A DNA stretch of 63,897 nt, filler included, from Hyphochytrium catenoides (taxonomy: Eukaryota; Protista; Hyphochytriomycota), in assembly GCA_900088475.1 (NCBI GenBank). It is 7 parts of 7 records of this genome, joined end to end, with 100 filler letters (N's around TTAATTAATTAA, not from the genome) between each part and the next. Parts side by side here need not be neighbours in the genome. Positions count along the whole stretch, not along the records: positions 35,435 to 37,846 come from FLMG01004156.1; positions 37,947 to 42,919 come from FLMG01000420.1; positions 43,020 to 44,300 come from FLMG01000777.1; positions 44,401 to 63,897 come from FLMG01002767.1; 3 more parts are not named here. The stretch is one strand, 5' to 3'. The notes under the pieces were generated by a model that ran no database searches, had not been told where the DNA came from, and worked only from the letters and a program-made list of their open reading frames with translations. Of the stretch, positions 37,047 through 51,587 are shown one piece after another. The number at the start of each line of letters is the position of its first letter. The stretch's first letter is position 1. The translations under genes were made by a program, and so were the position numbers.

Positions 37047-38456
37047 GGAACTGGTGGGACGGCTACCAATTTTGTGGAAAATCGGCTCCCGGCTTCTCTT
37101 TATCTTTAATAAAAAAAAAGAAACTGGACAAGGAGAAGTAAAAAAAGGAAGGGAAGAGCGGAGAAGAGAGAGACTATGGCTCTAAGATAAGTCAAAAGCT
37201 CACAGAGAAGAGAGACGGAATGATGAGATCATAGCAACAAAATGGAAGAGAGCCTTTTCCTTCTCATGAAGGCCATAATGCAAGGACGGAAAAGTTCAAA
37301 AGAGAGAGAGAGAAAAATGAGAGAGAGAAGAAGGGGCAAAGAAGCAACAAGATATTTGGCTCTTCTTCCTTGGGATTTCTATTAGTCAATAAGGTCAAAC
37401 TAGGGTCTATGTAAAAGAAGGGGGACAGGTAAAGAGAGAGAGAAAAAGGAGAGAAAGAAGGGAAGAGCTCTGTACCAAGAAATGAAGGAAAAGAGCCGAG
37501 CTGCCCAAGAAGAGACAACTGTTACCGGTACAGTTTCTCAAGACAGAGCATCCCCCCTTCCTCCTAAAGCTTGCCTTATTAGACAACATAGAGACATCCA
37601 ATGAGAGAGAGAAACAGAGCAAAGAGATTCTTCTACGGTCTCTCTCTTCCCCCTTCTTTTTTCATTCTCCTCCCTCGCACTTCATTCACAAAGGAGAGAT
37701 AGAGATATCACTTCCAATCTACTTCTTGTCTCTCCTGGTCTCCTCAGTTGTGATTCGTCGCAGCACTCACCTTCAAAACAAGGGAAGAGGGAAGAAAGAG
37801 AGACAGAGGAAAAGAATTGAAAAGAGAGAGAGAGAGAGAGAGAGAGNNNNNNNNNNNNNNNNNNNNNNNNNNNNNNNNNNNNNNNNNNNNTTAATTAATT
37901 AANNNNNNNNNNNNNNNNNNNNNNNNNNNNNNNNNNNNNNNNNNNNTTCTGACTCCAAACTGACTCTTGTCGTACAGTTTGGACCTGTGAAAGGGAGAGG
38001 GAGTAAGAGAGAGAGAGAGAGAAAGAGAGAAAGAAAGAGAGAAAGAAAGGGAGAGATGCGCCGATCAGAACACTGTGTCCTCCTTGCTGTCTGGTCTCTT
38101 CTTGTGCAGAGCGTTGTGTTAGGCGCTCTGTGAGCCGCTGCAACTTCTTCTCTTGGTTGATCTAAGGGAAACAAAGAGAGAGAGAAAGAGAGAGAGAGAG
38201 TTGTCCGATGGCGGGAGCAGCTTGGAGACTGAGGATGATGAGGAGAGAATGACTTGAGGAATGGCGGCGGCGGGGGCGGCGTTCTGTTCTTCTGGAGAGA
38301 GAATAAGGCCCTCTTTCAGCTCCTCTTTCTCTCTCTCTCTCTCTGTCTCTCTCTTTCTGTCTCTCTCTCTTCTCGTGGTGCGGTGATCCATCAAGAGCCA
38401 ATAAAGAGCACGAGGCGACGGCGGACAATGGGGTCACCAAGGTAAACAAAAGGAGC

Positions 38457-38526
<70 letters not shown>

Positions 38527-40476
38527 CTGAGGAAGAAAGTGACAAGGCTGCTGCAGGGCGGGGGAGACAGGAGCCAGAGCATGCGGGATGATGGCTCGTG
38601 ACCTGCTGACCAGGATAAGATGGGGGCTGAGAAACAGAGTGTGAGACACAGAGACAGAGGCAAGTAAGCGATTGTAAAAGTATAAGATTGAGACATAGTG
38701 ATACTCTAAGTCATAGAAAGATGACATGAATCCTCGTCAAATGCACCGCAACCCAAGCAACCTAAACGTAAACCTGTTGCTGTTCTAGACACCTGATCTC
38801 TATTATTCACTTCACCCTTAGATATGCCGCAATTAGGACAGGCCCGTCGCTCGAATCACAGAGAGAAGACGCACATGCTTTCTCGTCGTTCGCCTCTCAT
38901 TTCGGTAACCCCTGGTCGAACTTAGTTGAGACCGGTTGAAGAAAGGTATTTAGCTCCTAAATCTTGGGAATCCGAAAACACTGTTTTCGGGAGAGTGACA
39001 TGGTGGATGCAGAGCAAAGATTCTCGAAATGACATGAAAAGGTAGCAGAAGGTCACCTCCCTTAATGGCACCGGCGGCACGTCCCACTTCAACATGATTG
39101 CCTGAGTCGTCGCCAATACTATGTGAGTGACGCCACCCCCCATGTTGAAGATATTAATGGAGCAGAGTGGAGAGAGACGAGGTGCCTCTCACCCACTCTG
39201 TCTCGATGGCTTGGTGCTCTTTCTCTGAGGTGTTTCCCTGTCTCGGGGTTTCTCTGTCTCTTGATGGTCGGCCAATCCACTGGCGCAGGTGGTTGGTGGT
39301 TGGTGGAGGGTGAGGAGGGTGGGACAGGAACATTAGCTATGGACAAGGACGAACTTCGACATCGAAGTTTGGATACCACCAAAGTATCTTTTTCTTCCAT
39401 AGAAATACTGTGAAAGCTCCTTACTCTGTTTCGCAGTTCTTTTTGCTCTGTCTCTCAACCTTCTCAACTCTGTCTCTAAGAGACTATCCTCAATAACAGT
39501 CTTACTGTATATATCGTTCTAGTCCCATCTCTCTCTCTTGTGGTCTTACTTGAAATCTATTCGTCCGTGGCCTGACCTGGTATAGCTCCCGGTATTCCAT
39601 AGATAATGTTCATAGGATTGCTGGCAGGGAGCGGAGTAGCAGTCCAGCCAATTCTTATTAGTAAGGAATAAATGGGACCCAACAAATGCCACCATCTTTT
39701 GCTCTCTCTTTCTTTCTCTCTCTCTCTCTCTCTCTCTTTTTCTTTTTCTCTCTCTCCTCTCTCTCTTTCTCTCTCTCTCTCTTCTCTGTCTTTCTCTCTC
39801 TCGCACTCACACACACAGCAGATGTTCCCTGTTTCTTTGTGTCCCGTCCTGCTCTCCTTGTTTGTCTCTGTTGAGCTTCGCTTCCTACATTGTGAGAGGC
39901 AGCCGCAGCAGAAGGATTGGTTAAGGTCCAACAGTACAGGGAGACAGAGAGGAGAGAGAAAGAGAGAGAGACAGAGAGACAGAGAGAGAGAAAGAGAGCG
40001 AGAGAAAGAAGGGGAGAGAAAGAAAGAGAGGGAAAGAGAGAGAGAGACAGAGAACTGTTTTATAGGCTTAGCGCTACTACTCTACTGTTTCGTAGAGTGA
40101 GGAATCTGTCGGTTGGTTCTGATCGATCGTCGATGGCTCATCTCCACTGAAGAAGCACGCACTCCTTATCTTCTATTTCCTCCGACTCTCTCCCTTTCCC
40201 GGTCTCTCTCTCTTTCTTTCTGGACTCGCTCCAGGTGGCATGATGTGTGTAGTTCTATTGCCTCGCTTCTCCTCTTCTGGCGCCACGCCAACGTCACACT
40301 TTCTCTTTTTTCCCTGCAAAGTGTGTCCTCGCAGCTCTCTCCCTCTCTCTCCTCTTTCGTCCGTTTCCCCTTCCTATGGCTCGCTTCGTCTTCCCTTTTT
40401 GCCCTTTCCTTCTCCTCTCTCTCTCGACTTACCAACAGCGGGACGATATGCATTCATCGAGCGTGCTGTTCCTCTT

Positions 40477-40543
<67 letters not shown>

Positions 40544-40572
40544 GTGTCTGTCTCTCTCTGTCTGTCTGTCCT

Positions 40573-40624
<52 letters not shown>

Positions 40625-41748
40625 ACTCTTGCTCTGTCAAGGTCATTGTCTTATAGCATTCTTGAACAATAGCGCCGTCTTGGCGGTTAGTGTCAGATTC
40701 CATTTCTAGAGCTTCATGGCAATAATGAACACCACCCAATGTCTCAGGCCAAGAGAAATCCAATAATCTCTCTTTGCTCAGCCATATACTGACTCTGTCT
40801 TATATTCTTCTATCTGTTTTCTATAAAAAGACGGTAAGCAGATCTTTCGGCCACATCGGGAGCCGATTACTCTTCTTCCCATTGTCCTGCTCGCCATGGG
40901 AGGAGGCCAATCTGCTGGCTCTGAGCTCATCAGCGGTGGATCACTGCTGCTTACCATGAGCTCCTCCTCCTCCTATTACCTAACGCTTGACGCCGCTGCC
41001 TTCCAAATCTCTGTCATCATCAGACAGCGTTCAAAGACTCGCTGCACGGACGCAGGAGGCCCAAGAACTCCAAGCCCTTGACAGAAAGCCCGCCCGGGTC
41101 GCCCACGTCCTTGATCTTCAGCTTTGCAAACCGGCTTCACCTTCACCAAGAAAAGGAAGAGAGGATTATCGAGGTAAACTATTGACTCGTGTCAGGTCTT
41201 CGCCCTGCATGCGATGGCCCCACAGCCAGTTCGCTTCTTTGGCTGGGGTTCGCTGTGTGTGCATCAGAAACTAAGAAGAGACTGGACATTGGCCACTCGC
41301 TCCGCATATTCACGAGGAGCTTGCTCTCACATTGCTGCTGCGTCCACTTCTTCCCGATGGCAGAACTCTTCTTTCAGCTGCTGCATCATCTACATCTCCA
41401 CTCTCCTCGCGGTGGCCAGGCAGAGGAAAGAAGCTGGGCTCTCTTGAATATCTAAAGTCCGGCGGATGAAGATGATGGTCTTCTGCTCATCGCTGGGCGC
41501 GAACCGTGGAGAGCTTCGTCACTGGCGCAGGGCCGTATGCCTGGGATATTAGTCCGGGTTGGGCGCATTGATGAGCTTTTTGCCTCACAGGGAAATGTCG
41601 TTGTGGCACGAGAAAGCATTCTTCCCTTATGCTAAAGGAGGAGGAGAGAAAGAGATGATAGGAACGAGAGAGAAAGGCTGCCACACAGTGAGAGAAAGAC
41701 AGAGAGAGAGAGAGAAAGGGAAAAAAGAGAGAGAGAAAGAGAGAGAGG

Positions 41749-41786
<38 letters not shown>

Positions 41787-41810
41787 CAAAAGAGAAAAAG
41801 AGAGAAAAAG

Positions 41811-41862
<52 letters not shown>

Positions 41863-44300
41863 ACAACAGAGAAACAGCGAGGGTGAAGAAAAAAACAAGA
41901 TAGAAAGAGAAGGCAAGTGAGAAGGTCAGATAGAAAGGTACTAGGGAAGAGAAGAGATATGAGTGAGCACAAGGGAAGGCAAGAGATAAAGATTCCCCAG
42001 CAAAGAGGGGAGAAGAGAGAGAGAGAGAGAAGACAAGCGACGCACAGCCTTCCGATAAAGATAATTTAAATTAGGAAGAGGCTGTCGATATCTCTCCTCT
42101 AGCTTTCTTCCCCGACAACCACCCGTAAAATACTATCCCTCTCTTCTTCTCTCTCTTCCTTCTTTTCCTCTCTCCCTATCTCCGCCACCATCTCTGCCGC
42201 TATGTACTGCTGAAGATAAACAATCATCTCCTCGTACGTCTTTGTCTCGTTTAGCTGCCGGACCATTGCGAGAGAAAGAGAGGGAGAGAGAGAGACCTTG
42301 AGTTCTTGACGCGAAGAGACATGATAGGCCGTCATGGAGAGAGAGAGAGGAGAGAACTCTTTTTCTCCCTTCCCTTCGCTTTCCTCCTCATGTTGTCTCT
42401 CTTCTTTGTCTCGTTCTATTCCTGCCTCCATCACGGCATTTTCTCTCTCTTCTCCTGACTCTCCTCTTCTCAAACTGACAGTGATCCGGAAAAATTCATA
42501 CTCAGGCATCTGCGCTTCCTGTGTCTCTCTCCCGTGGTCTTCCCTTTCTTTCTCCTCTTGCTCTCTTCTCTCCGTCGAGTTTCTCTCTTTCTCTCTCTTT
42601 TCTCGCCTGCAGTGGAGCTTGTGATAGGCGTCGTAGATTCTACTGCTCAGCTGCAAAACTAGGGAAGAAGAAGAAGTGAAAGAAGGCGAGGTCGTGGGGT
42701 TGGAAGAGAGAGAAGGAGAACTCGTCTCTCTCTTGTCCTTGTCTCCACCAAGTTTCCCTTCTTCCACCCGCCCTTTTCCAGAAAAGAGACTAATTTCTCT
42801 CTCTCTCTCTGATGCGTCTTTCTTCTCTGTCTGGGCCGCAGGGGTAACAGAGAAGAAAAGAGAGGAGAGAACCAGCGTTCTCTCTCTTAGTATTGTCTCT
42901 GCCAGCCGTCGCCACATGTNNNNNNNNNNNNNNNNNNNNNNNNNNNNNNNNNNNNNNNNNNNNTTAATTAATTAANNNNNNNNNNNNNNNNNNNNNNNNN
43001 NNNNNNNNNNNNNNNNNNNAGAAGACGAGAAAGAAAGGAAGAAGAAGAAGAGAGAGAAAAGGAAGAAGAAGAAGAGAAAGAAGAAGAAGAAGAAGAAGAA
43101 GAAGACAAGGAGAATAAGAAGAAGAGAAAGAGTGGAAGAAGAAGAAGAGAGAGAAAAGGAAGAAGAAGAAGAAGAGAAAGAAGAAGAAGAAGAAGAAAAA
43201 GAAGGAGAAGAAGAGGAAGGAGAAGGAGTAAGAGGAGAGAAAGAAGAAAAGAGACGAGAAGCTATAACGCCTTGGTCTCGCTCTCAGCCCGCTCCCCTCC
43301 GTGCTCATCATCAGCAAAGGAAGAATCATAGTTGATCTCCTCAGTGATAATAATAAGGGGAGAAGAAGGAGGAGGAAGAGATGAAATGTCAAAGTCACCA
43401 TCATAAGAAGATGGTTCATTCACAGAAGTTAGTAACTGCTATAATGATCTGGTACATTGATTCTGTTCCCTCTACCTTGAGTTATCTTTATTTGTAATAC
43501 TTTAGTTATCATTGGCGCCGATGAAACTTCATTTCGGGCTTTCGGATCCTGCAATAACTTGCTAATCTCCAGAATTCAGAACCAGATGATTTCCGGAGCT
43601 CCGCTACAGATCATCTTCATCGGGATAGAGCGTCCCTGCGTTCAGCTCTGCGTATCATCCTTCCCTTGAAGTGGGATTATCTGATATCTGTGATGTCTGG
43701 GGATGTACCGAGACGTTCAGAAGCGAATTAGCGTCGAGGATGACGTGACCTATAATTATTCATGACGGAGTGAAGACCAAGCACCAGGCAGGCAAAAGCC
43801 TGACGAGTTTACTTCACCTTGGGACCCATGAGCTCCCAAACACGGAAGAAGCGAGGGACTGGAGCTCCACAGCCAGCTGCTAAGGTCCGAACCGTTTGGA
43901 TATAAGCTTGCCGGCGGCCTTTATCTCCGTTTCCTCCTCTCCTTTCCCTTCTTGCGGCGCTTCCTCTGTCTCTAGATCCCTGCTCTCTCTAATGGGCCGT
44001 TCTTTATCTTGAGCGCAAATTGGCGTTCCGATACCGTCGATGTGCTCTCTCTGTCTCTTTCCTCCTCTCCTTCTCTTTCTCTCTCCGTCACTTTCTCTCT
44101 TTCTCTCCACTTCTCTCTCTTTCTATCCCTTCATCTCTGACTCTTGCCCCCGTCAGCTTCTGTCGTGGGTCGTGCCTTTCCTCCCTGTTCTGTCTCCTCA
44201 GGGCCTTACCTTGCTTCTCTTCTTCTTCTAGGATCTGAGCTTCGATGAGCTCTACGGCCTTTCTCCATTGAGCACCGCGAAGTCCCACAAGTCCGCCGCA
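30925..44300. repeat. (AG)n/(CT)n and (GAA)n microsatellite-rich domain with several assembly gaps
   Basis: Directly visible; N runs contain TTAATTAATTAA linkers. Confidence 0.95.
33305..33510 (+). repeat. Three ~45-bp direct repeats with AG-rich spacers
   Basis: CCCTAAC..TTTGTCCAGCTCTCACGCTCCC(A)GGCGG occurs three times. Confidence 0.85.
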
Positions 44301-44400
44301 NNNNNNNNNNNNNNNNNNNNNNNNNNNNNNNNNNNNNNNNNNNNTTAATTAATTAANNNNNNNNNNNNNNNNNNNNNNNNNNNNNNNNNNNNNNNNNNNN

Positions 44401-47400
44401 GAAGTGCCTTTGCCTGAACGTTGAGACACTCATGTGAGACTGACATCATTCTACTTCTAAGGGAGCGAATAAGACTACAGGAAAGTGCTACCTTTGTTTG
44501 AGTTGGTTTGCAGTCTATCTGCAACGTAATCCATGGCAGCAAGTGGTCCCGCCTACAATTGACGTCATATATAAGATGCGGAAGCTAAGCCAAGGCAGCG
44601 CCTATACCTGGTGCCAGAGGGAAAAGTAGAGTGCCATAGAGATGTTTCCCAGAAGTACCAAGGCCAGAGCGTAGCGGAGAGCGCGAGTGCCAACTGCTTT
44701 GACTGACCATTAGCTCCACGGGTTTTAGCATGGCAAGACTATTAACTAAGAAGGTCGGAACTAAAGACATGAGAGCAATGAGGACCAAGAACCACAAAAG
44801 CTCTAGACAAGACAGCGATAGAAAAAGCGGATGGCGATTGAAGTCAATGGTGTGCCAATTCTTACCTCTTGCTGCGCCGGAGGCAGCGCGAAAGGCAATA
44901 TTTTGCAGGGAACAGCCACAAAAGAGCATCATCAGCGGCAAGAGAGGAAAAAGGAACCTAAACTCTAGATGACAGAGTGCAATGAGAGAGACGGCGTAGT
45001 GAACAATGAACAAGGGTGTTAGAGGTTGGGATAGGCGTCGCTTGGTGGTATGGAATGGTAATACTCTTTTACCTTTATGAGGAGCAAGGCTAGTGAGGAA
45101 CGTTGTCCAAGACATTAGACCCACCAAAGAGAGACAAGATCCCTGCACCACAAACCGCTTAGTATGCTCACTTTTATAACGACGAAATGAGAGCATGAAA
45201 CAGGTCTGGGCGGAGCGAGAACATAAGCAAAGAGCTCAAAAAGAGAGAGACAGAGACAAGGGAGTGGGACAAACAGGGAGAAGAGAGAGGTGAGCATATG
45301 TCCTGACTCACCCCATTCTGGTAGGACTTCCATACACCATGAACGAAAAGAGGTAACAGGGGCCCCAGGAGGGTTGGGATGCCCGAGGAGAGGTACCAGT
45401 GCCAGGGGTGAGTCCCATACAAACGATCCTTGCCCTAGCCAAGAATCGTCAGCGTGACACTGTCCTGTTTTTAACATCGCCTACCTATAGCTGCAAGCTA
45501 TTGCTATGTCGCATAGATCTCTTTCTGAAACTCGAGACTTTGCGTGGCGCCCGCCGCTTTTACCTCTAAACAGTTGAAGGTGAAGAAGTTCCACGGCACG
45601 ATTGTAGGCCTGCCGTAGAAGTAGGAATCCACTCCGATAGAGGACCCCAAGGCTAAAACACCGATAGGAAGGACCTCTTTAAATAGAAATTGAAGTCTTG
45701 TTGTGCAAGCATATACGCAAATGCGGAGAGAATCTGAAGGTTAGAATAGGAAGTTGTATCACCCTCTCGTCCTGTTTGGGGCTGGCCGAACCTGTCCTGG
45801 CTAAACCAAAGATGTTCCAAGCCTGCATACAGCCAGATGATGGCGGCAGTCGGCCTAATGACACATGCAAAAGCCGCAAGCGATAGAGCAATAACTCGAT
45901 GCCCCCGAGGACCTGTCTTTTGGTAAGGTGAAGTTCGCGGATCAGGATTGGGCAATAGCAGCAGAGGAGAGAGGCAAGATCGCAAAAGCGGGCACAAAGT
46001 GAGAAATGAACGATTGGTGAAAGATGGCCCGCGGAAGGACGCCAGAGGCAATCTCTCTTTCTGCCTTGCAATGACTAGGATTAATGAACGCCGAGCTTGA
46101 ACATCCCACACATCAAGAAGCCTTTAGACGGCGGCATTATGAAAGGTTGACTATCTCTCCCTCTAAGCTCACCAGGCAAAAAACACCGTGCCTAAGGTAT
46201 GCCCAGCCCAGACTCTCACCTGCTCCTTGACAGGCCAGTAAGCTAAACCGCAGACAGTGAGAACAGCTTCCAGGGAGTTAGAGAAGGTACGGACGCTGCA
46301 ATAGAAATTGAACCAGCAGACGACCTGTAGGACCAGAGATGAGATAATGGACATGCACTGTGTCAGTGAATAATAAATATACTCAGCTCCTTGAGAAGCT
46401 TAAGTGTTAGAGTGTGCGAGGATAAGCTACCATCTATAGACTAATAGAAAGAACAAGGGAGAAGGAACACTCTACCGCCAATGAGAGTAGCAACGGCGAT
46501 GACGAGAACGGCAATTGTCACGGAGAGTTAACCATTGCAATCCTCGTAGAGTCTGGCCTTCTCACCTGACAAAATAGAGCCCAGCGAGCGGCTGATTCGC
46601 CGAGGTGCCTTTGGGCCAAGCGGTAGGTGAAGAGATCACCGAGGGCGGCAAAAATGGCCTTGATTGGAAGGCAGCGTCAGTTGGTGTGGAAGGTGCATCG
46701 AGCATGAGAATGGGGTGTAAGAGCGAGAGACCTCGGATAGGGCAGACACAGCTTGATAAAGGGCCAGCAATAAAGATGAGTTCAAGCTTCAGACGGAAAT
46801 TGTAAGCTCGGACATTCAGCGTGCGTGCGAGATTTAACCTGCAAAAGTCGAGGGGAGTACGCCACCATCCACCGGCTGTCCAGCCCCAATACCACTAACC
46901 CTTTATAGAGTACCGCAAACAGCAGAGGATGAGTGTACCCTCGAATCCCTTCTTCCCACTCCCAGGTCCTAACGCAGCCAGTAGCACAAGCATGAGAAGA
47001 AGGTGAGAGAGAACCGTGCGAGACGAACGTAGCGCCTATCTGTTGAGAGCAACGGGTCCGAGATAAAAGCAGCAGAGGACTTGGCGTAGGTTGGAACGAG
47101 AAGAGGAGCTTGCTTGGTGGCCGAGGCAAAAGAGAGAGAGAACGATAAAGCTAGAGACGTAAAGAATAGATGCAACCAGACAGTAGCCCAGCGGAGCGTA
47201 CAGGTATCCATAACCAAAGACCATTCGGTGAGCGACCTCCAGACTTTGCCAGTATTCATCGGGATTGAAGTAAGTGCGAACCACTAGGGCATTTAAACTT
47301 CGAAAGGCGAGAAGTGCGAAGAAAAGATGTGTCGCTGATAGCGCTGTCTGTCCTTCTGTTCGCTTAGCAGTGGAGTCTACCCTCTTCGTCCCTGCCTCCT

Positions 47401-47443
47401 TTCCTGTCTCTCGTGTCTCGTTCCTCCTTTTCCGCATATCCAT
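44401..47443 (-). CDS. PIGB: GPI mannosyltransferase 3 (GT22), multi-exon, 3' end probably in the gap
   Basis: [58 protein letters not shown]. Confidence 0.92.
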
Positions 47444-48110
47444 TGTCCGTGGAAGTGTGGACGCGAAGACTTCTCGCTGCCTGCCAACGCCCAACCTACC
47501 GAGGAGACCTTGGTAGCTTAACCTAGGACATCTCTTGGCCAGATTGAGCAGACATCACGTGGAAGACAGAGCCTGAGACGAGGAGAAGACAAGGGAAAGC
47601 AGCCGCGCGCCTGGCAGCAGAAGAGCTGTTGAAGATGAAGTGGCGGGCGAGGCCATCATCGGAGCTTGAGATGCTGGGAGACCGAGGAAATATTTCAAGC
47701 GTAAACAATGCAATGCAAAATTAATAGTTTCCCCAGGTTTGGACAAAAGAGCTTTGGTCATGGAAAGTTGCTATAAATGCCGAAGCTTTGAACGAAAGAT
47801 TGAGTGAGAAGAGTGAAACTGGTTCTGATCTTCACTTCTGCCTTCGCATCGCGCGATCGTCTTGCCAGCTCTCTTCTCCTCGCTCTCTTCAGTGCTCTTC
47901 TTGCGCTGGGCGTCTCGCTCTCTGATTGTGTCTGGCTGCTGGGAGTCCCTAGAAAGGCAGTTGACTCTTACTACTAAGGGTGCGAGGCATGTGCCAGACG
48001 CGACGATAGGCTGTGCAGAACGTTGTCCAGGTCGTGAACGTTGACCTGCCTGAGAAGTGGGTGGTGACATTGTGAGAAGAGGAGCTATCTAGAGAAAGAG
48101 GAGATATCCC

Positions 48111-49885
48111 ATGGAGCTAGCGAACTCTCTCCTTCTGATCCCGGTAGCTGCGGTTGGAGTCTTCCTTGTCTTGCTGCCTTACAGCCCGTTCTTGCAAGGC
48201 ATCATAGTCTTCTTTCCTGTCCCATACTTCTGGATTGACTTTACCAAGCCACATAAGCGTCAATTCCTCTTCAGCGGACTGTCAAACACCCTGAACTTCT
48301 ACCTGCATAACGGCCCTGTACGTCTCGGAGTGTGGCATAAATTGCCAGACCAGTACCGTGAACAAAAGGTCGGAGAAGCGTTGGGTCAGGAAGAAAAGAG
48401 AGAGAAGCGAGTGGTCTTTTATCTTCATGGGAATGGCGAGTCTCGAGCCTATTGGAAGAACTTACCGAAGTACAATGCCTACACAGCTGCCCCCTACGGT
48501 GCCCATCTCGTGACGCTGGACTACAGAGGTAAGCAGTCTCTCTCCATTCTCAACTGTCAATTGTACTTCTCTCTCTTCTAGAGCCCCTTTCGTCCTCTCT
48601 AGTCTACACTCAATACCAAGCATTTCCTCCTTCCCTTTCTTTGTCTTGGTCTCTGTCGATGTAAAGACTTCTTGCTTCAGAGTCTTGCCTTCCAACTCAA
48701 CCCTTCTTACTCTTCCTTGCTTGCGCTACCATGTTTGCTCTTCTCCATCAATGGCTGTTGATTGAATCTCTTTTCTCGTTCTCTCTCTTGTCCCAAAACA
48801 GGCTATGGTGACTCTTCTGGATATCCTCACGATGAAGATTCTGTTTTTTCCGACGTGATGACAGTATGGAATTGGATTGTGACTCCAGAGCAAGAGGGAG
48901 GCCTAGGAGCTAAGCATGCCCATGTCCTAGTCCATGGGCATTCTCTGGGTGAGGACCATGTTCTCTATTTGTTTGGTCCGCCCCGGCGTCCTTCTCTACA
49001 TTTGTTGTTCCTTACCGCCAAGTTCTTGTCCCTCTCATTAGTCCATGAATTGTCCTCTCTATCGATCCGACCTGCATCCTCCCCTTGCCACAGCTGCGCT
49101 CCTCTTCTCTGATGCTGACTCGTCAGTTTCTCATTGTTTTGAGCCTCTATTAAGCTCTCCTCTGCCCCCTAAGTTCCGGCTCATGCAAGCCCTTTCAACT
49201 ATTACTCTCTGCCATCATGTTGTTTGACGTTCAACATCTCCTAGGGAGTGCCTTTGCTATCAGACTTTGCAAGGAACTGACTGAGGCTCAGCAAAGCGCT
49301 GCTGGTTTGGTCCTGGAGGTAAGACATTCACTTTGGCTGCACTGCCTGCCACGTACTTTTCTCGCTTCGGCATAGTTCAACGTATCAAGAGGTGAAAGAC
49401 AGCAGAGCTCCGCTATCTCGCTTGCTATCCTTCGTTAACGACCAAACCCTTAAGCCTGGTGCATCTCATTGTCATCCCGTACTCCTCTCTACTAGGCACC
49501 ATTTACTAAGCCTTCCGAGTGTGTGACCGTCAAGTTTCCTTCTCTCCAGCCTTATCTGTCGGGCTGCCTCGTGCACGACTTCCCTTCCATAGACAGAATA
49601 GCAGCAGTGGACTGTCCCGTTTTCCTCTGCCACGGTGCAAGAGACTCCATAGTTCCGTGCGTCCTCTCAGAGAGACTCTTTCTACGTCGAGTAGCAGAGA
49701 GAGAAAAAGTTGATACTTCCCTTGTAGCTGCTAAGCTGCAGATGGTCTCTCCTGACCCTATAGAGATGAGAGACACTACGTATGTCTCAGTAGAGAATGG
49801 TGCCCACGACGACCTGATGGAGTACCCTCAGGTGGAGAAGGCACTGCGGCGGTTTTGGAGCGCCATCTTCCCTGAGACGAGCTGA
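48111..49885 (+). CDS. ABHD12-like alpha/beta hydrolase (4 exons)
   Basis: YLHGNGESR, DYRGYGDS, GHSLG nucleophile, LEAPFT, HG..DSIVP, GAHDDL; GT-AG introns. Confidence 0.9.
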
Positions 49886-49955
49886 CAGTCCATTTCCTGG
49901 GTCACGCTATCACTTTAAGAAATGCCCTGACCTGGTTCCATTCTCATTCCTCTTT

Positions 49956-50008
<53 letters not shown>

Positions 50009-50769
50009 TTGTGTGTAGCGTATGCAATCTATCGACAGACTCGTTCCTCGCTCTCTTCCTCATTAACTGGTATCGAGGGCTCTGTGTAGCCAGTACGATG
50101 CAAGGAGTTCGAGGCAAGAGGGTGTCTCAAACAAATGCATAAGCACTGAAGCTTATACATCAAGAGACCTAACTCTTACTCTGAAGGATGGAGAAGCTGA
50201 GACATCGGAATGCGTGCGTCCCTGACCCTGCAGAAACGAAGGTGGAGATGGGAGATCCGTACCAATTCCCTCCATCAGAGCGCGGCAACAGCCCGTGACA
50301 CCAATAAGAATAGACAGATCAATGGGAAATGTCGCTGGACGACGTGGAAGAACGACAGGCAGCACTGGGAAGGAGTTTGACAGAAGAAGGGAGGACAGTG
50401 AGAAGAGAGAGAGAGAGAGAGAAGGTCAATGACGAACGAGGAAGCAAAGATCCAACTACGGTTTTAGCCGTTTTCTCTCTCTCTTGGTCGACAGCACAAG
50501 AAACTTCTTCAAGCCTAACTGAGTAGATCCTTAGGGCCGCTAACGCCTAGTAATGTGGGCACATCTGAAGAGCAATCAGCAATGAATGAGTCGGAAGTGA
50601 AGCAAGCTGTAGGGGAAAGAGCTTCCAATGGGCCCTGTCGCTCATGTCTGGTCGTGGAGAGCTTGAGCCTAGCACGCTGTCGGCTGGTACGCTGTAGGGA
50701 GCTGAGTAGTACGCTAGCAAAACATTAGCCTGGGAAGACAAGGAAGAAAGAGGTATCAACACGAAGGCA

Positions 50770-51532
50770 ATGTGGACTCGCCTCGCGAGAACCGCCGTTT
50801 CCTCGCCTCGGCTGCTGTCGTCTCGCCGCCCAGCATTCTCCTCCGTAGCACAAGCGCAGACGCCAGTCCGTGTCGCGGTTATCGGCATTGGTGCCATTGG
50901 GTCTCTACTCTGTGCTTCTCTCTCTAAAGCTTCAACGGACCCACAGTTCTCTCACCTGCGGCTCACGGCAGTCACTCACATAGAAAGACAGGCGACAGAG
51001 ATTCGACGTAGAGGAGGAATCACAGTCGAGAGAGTTGTGGACAACAGCAAAGAGAGAAACAAAAACGCACACATAGACAGTATCAGGACAAGACTGGTGG
51101 AGGTAGGCGCTTGCACAGGCACCCACGGACGGCTTTAACGGTTGACCCTCGCCCGCCCTTCAATCCTCCTCGTGCCTGTTGCTATCATTATTGTCTAGCT
51201 CTAGCTTGTCATTTTCTCTCTCTTCCTCTCTTCTTGTCATTTTTCTTTCTCTTCTTACTCCATCTTCCTTCTTCCGGCTGCCATCCTTAATAGTCGCTGC
51301 CTCAGACTTGCGAGATCGATAGCGTCATCAGCGTAGAGGAGGACAGAAGACGAGCGCTAGAGGGAAGCGCGGATGAAGAGAGAGGAGGAGAGGGAGAGGT
51401 AGATATTGCAATCATCACAGTCAAGCACAAGAGCACCAGAGAGGTCGCCAAATATTTGCAGGTAAGTCCTTAGCAACTACAACTTGATTAGAGGGAGGTA
51501 GAGGTATGTAGATGGGAGATAACTTAGAGAGA

Positions 51533-51587
<55 letters not shown>

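Noticed and set aside
31144-43419. Many long SLSLSL / RERERE ORFs
   Set aside because: By-products of stop-free (CT)n/(AG)n microsatellites.
30825-44400. TTAATTAATTAA repeated inside N runs
   Set aside because: Artificial contig linker with stops in all frames, not biology.
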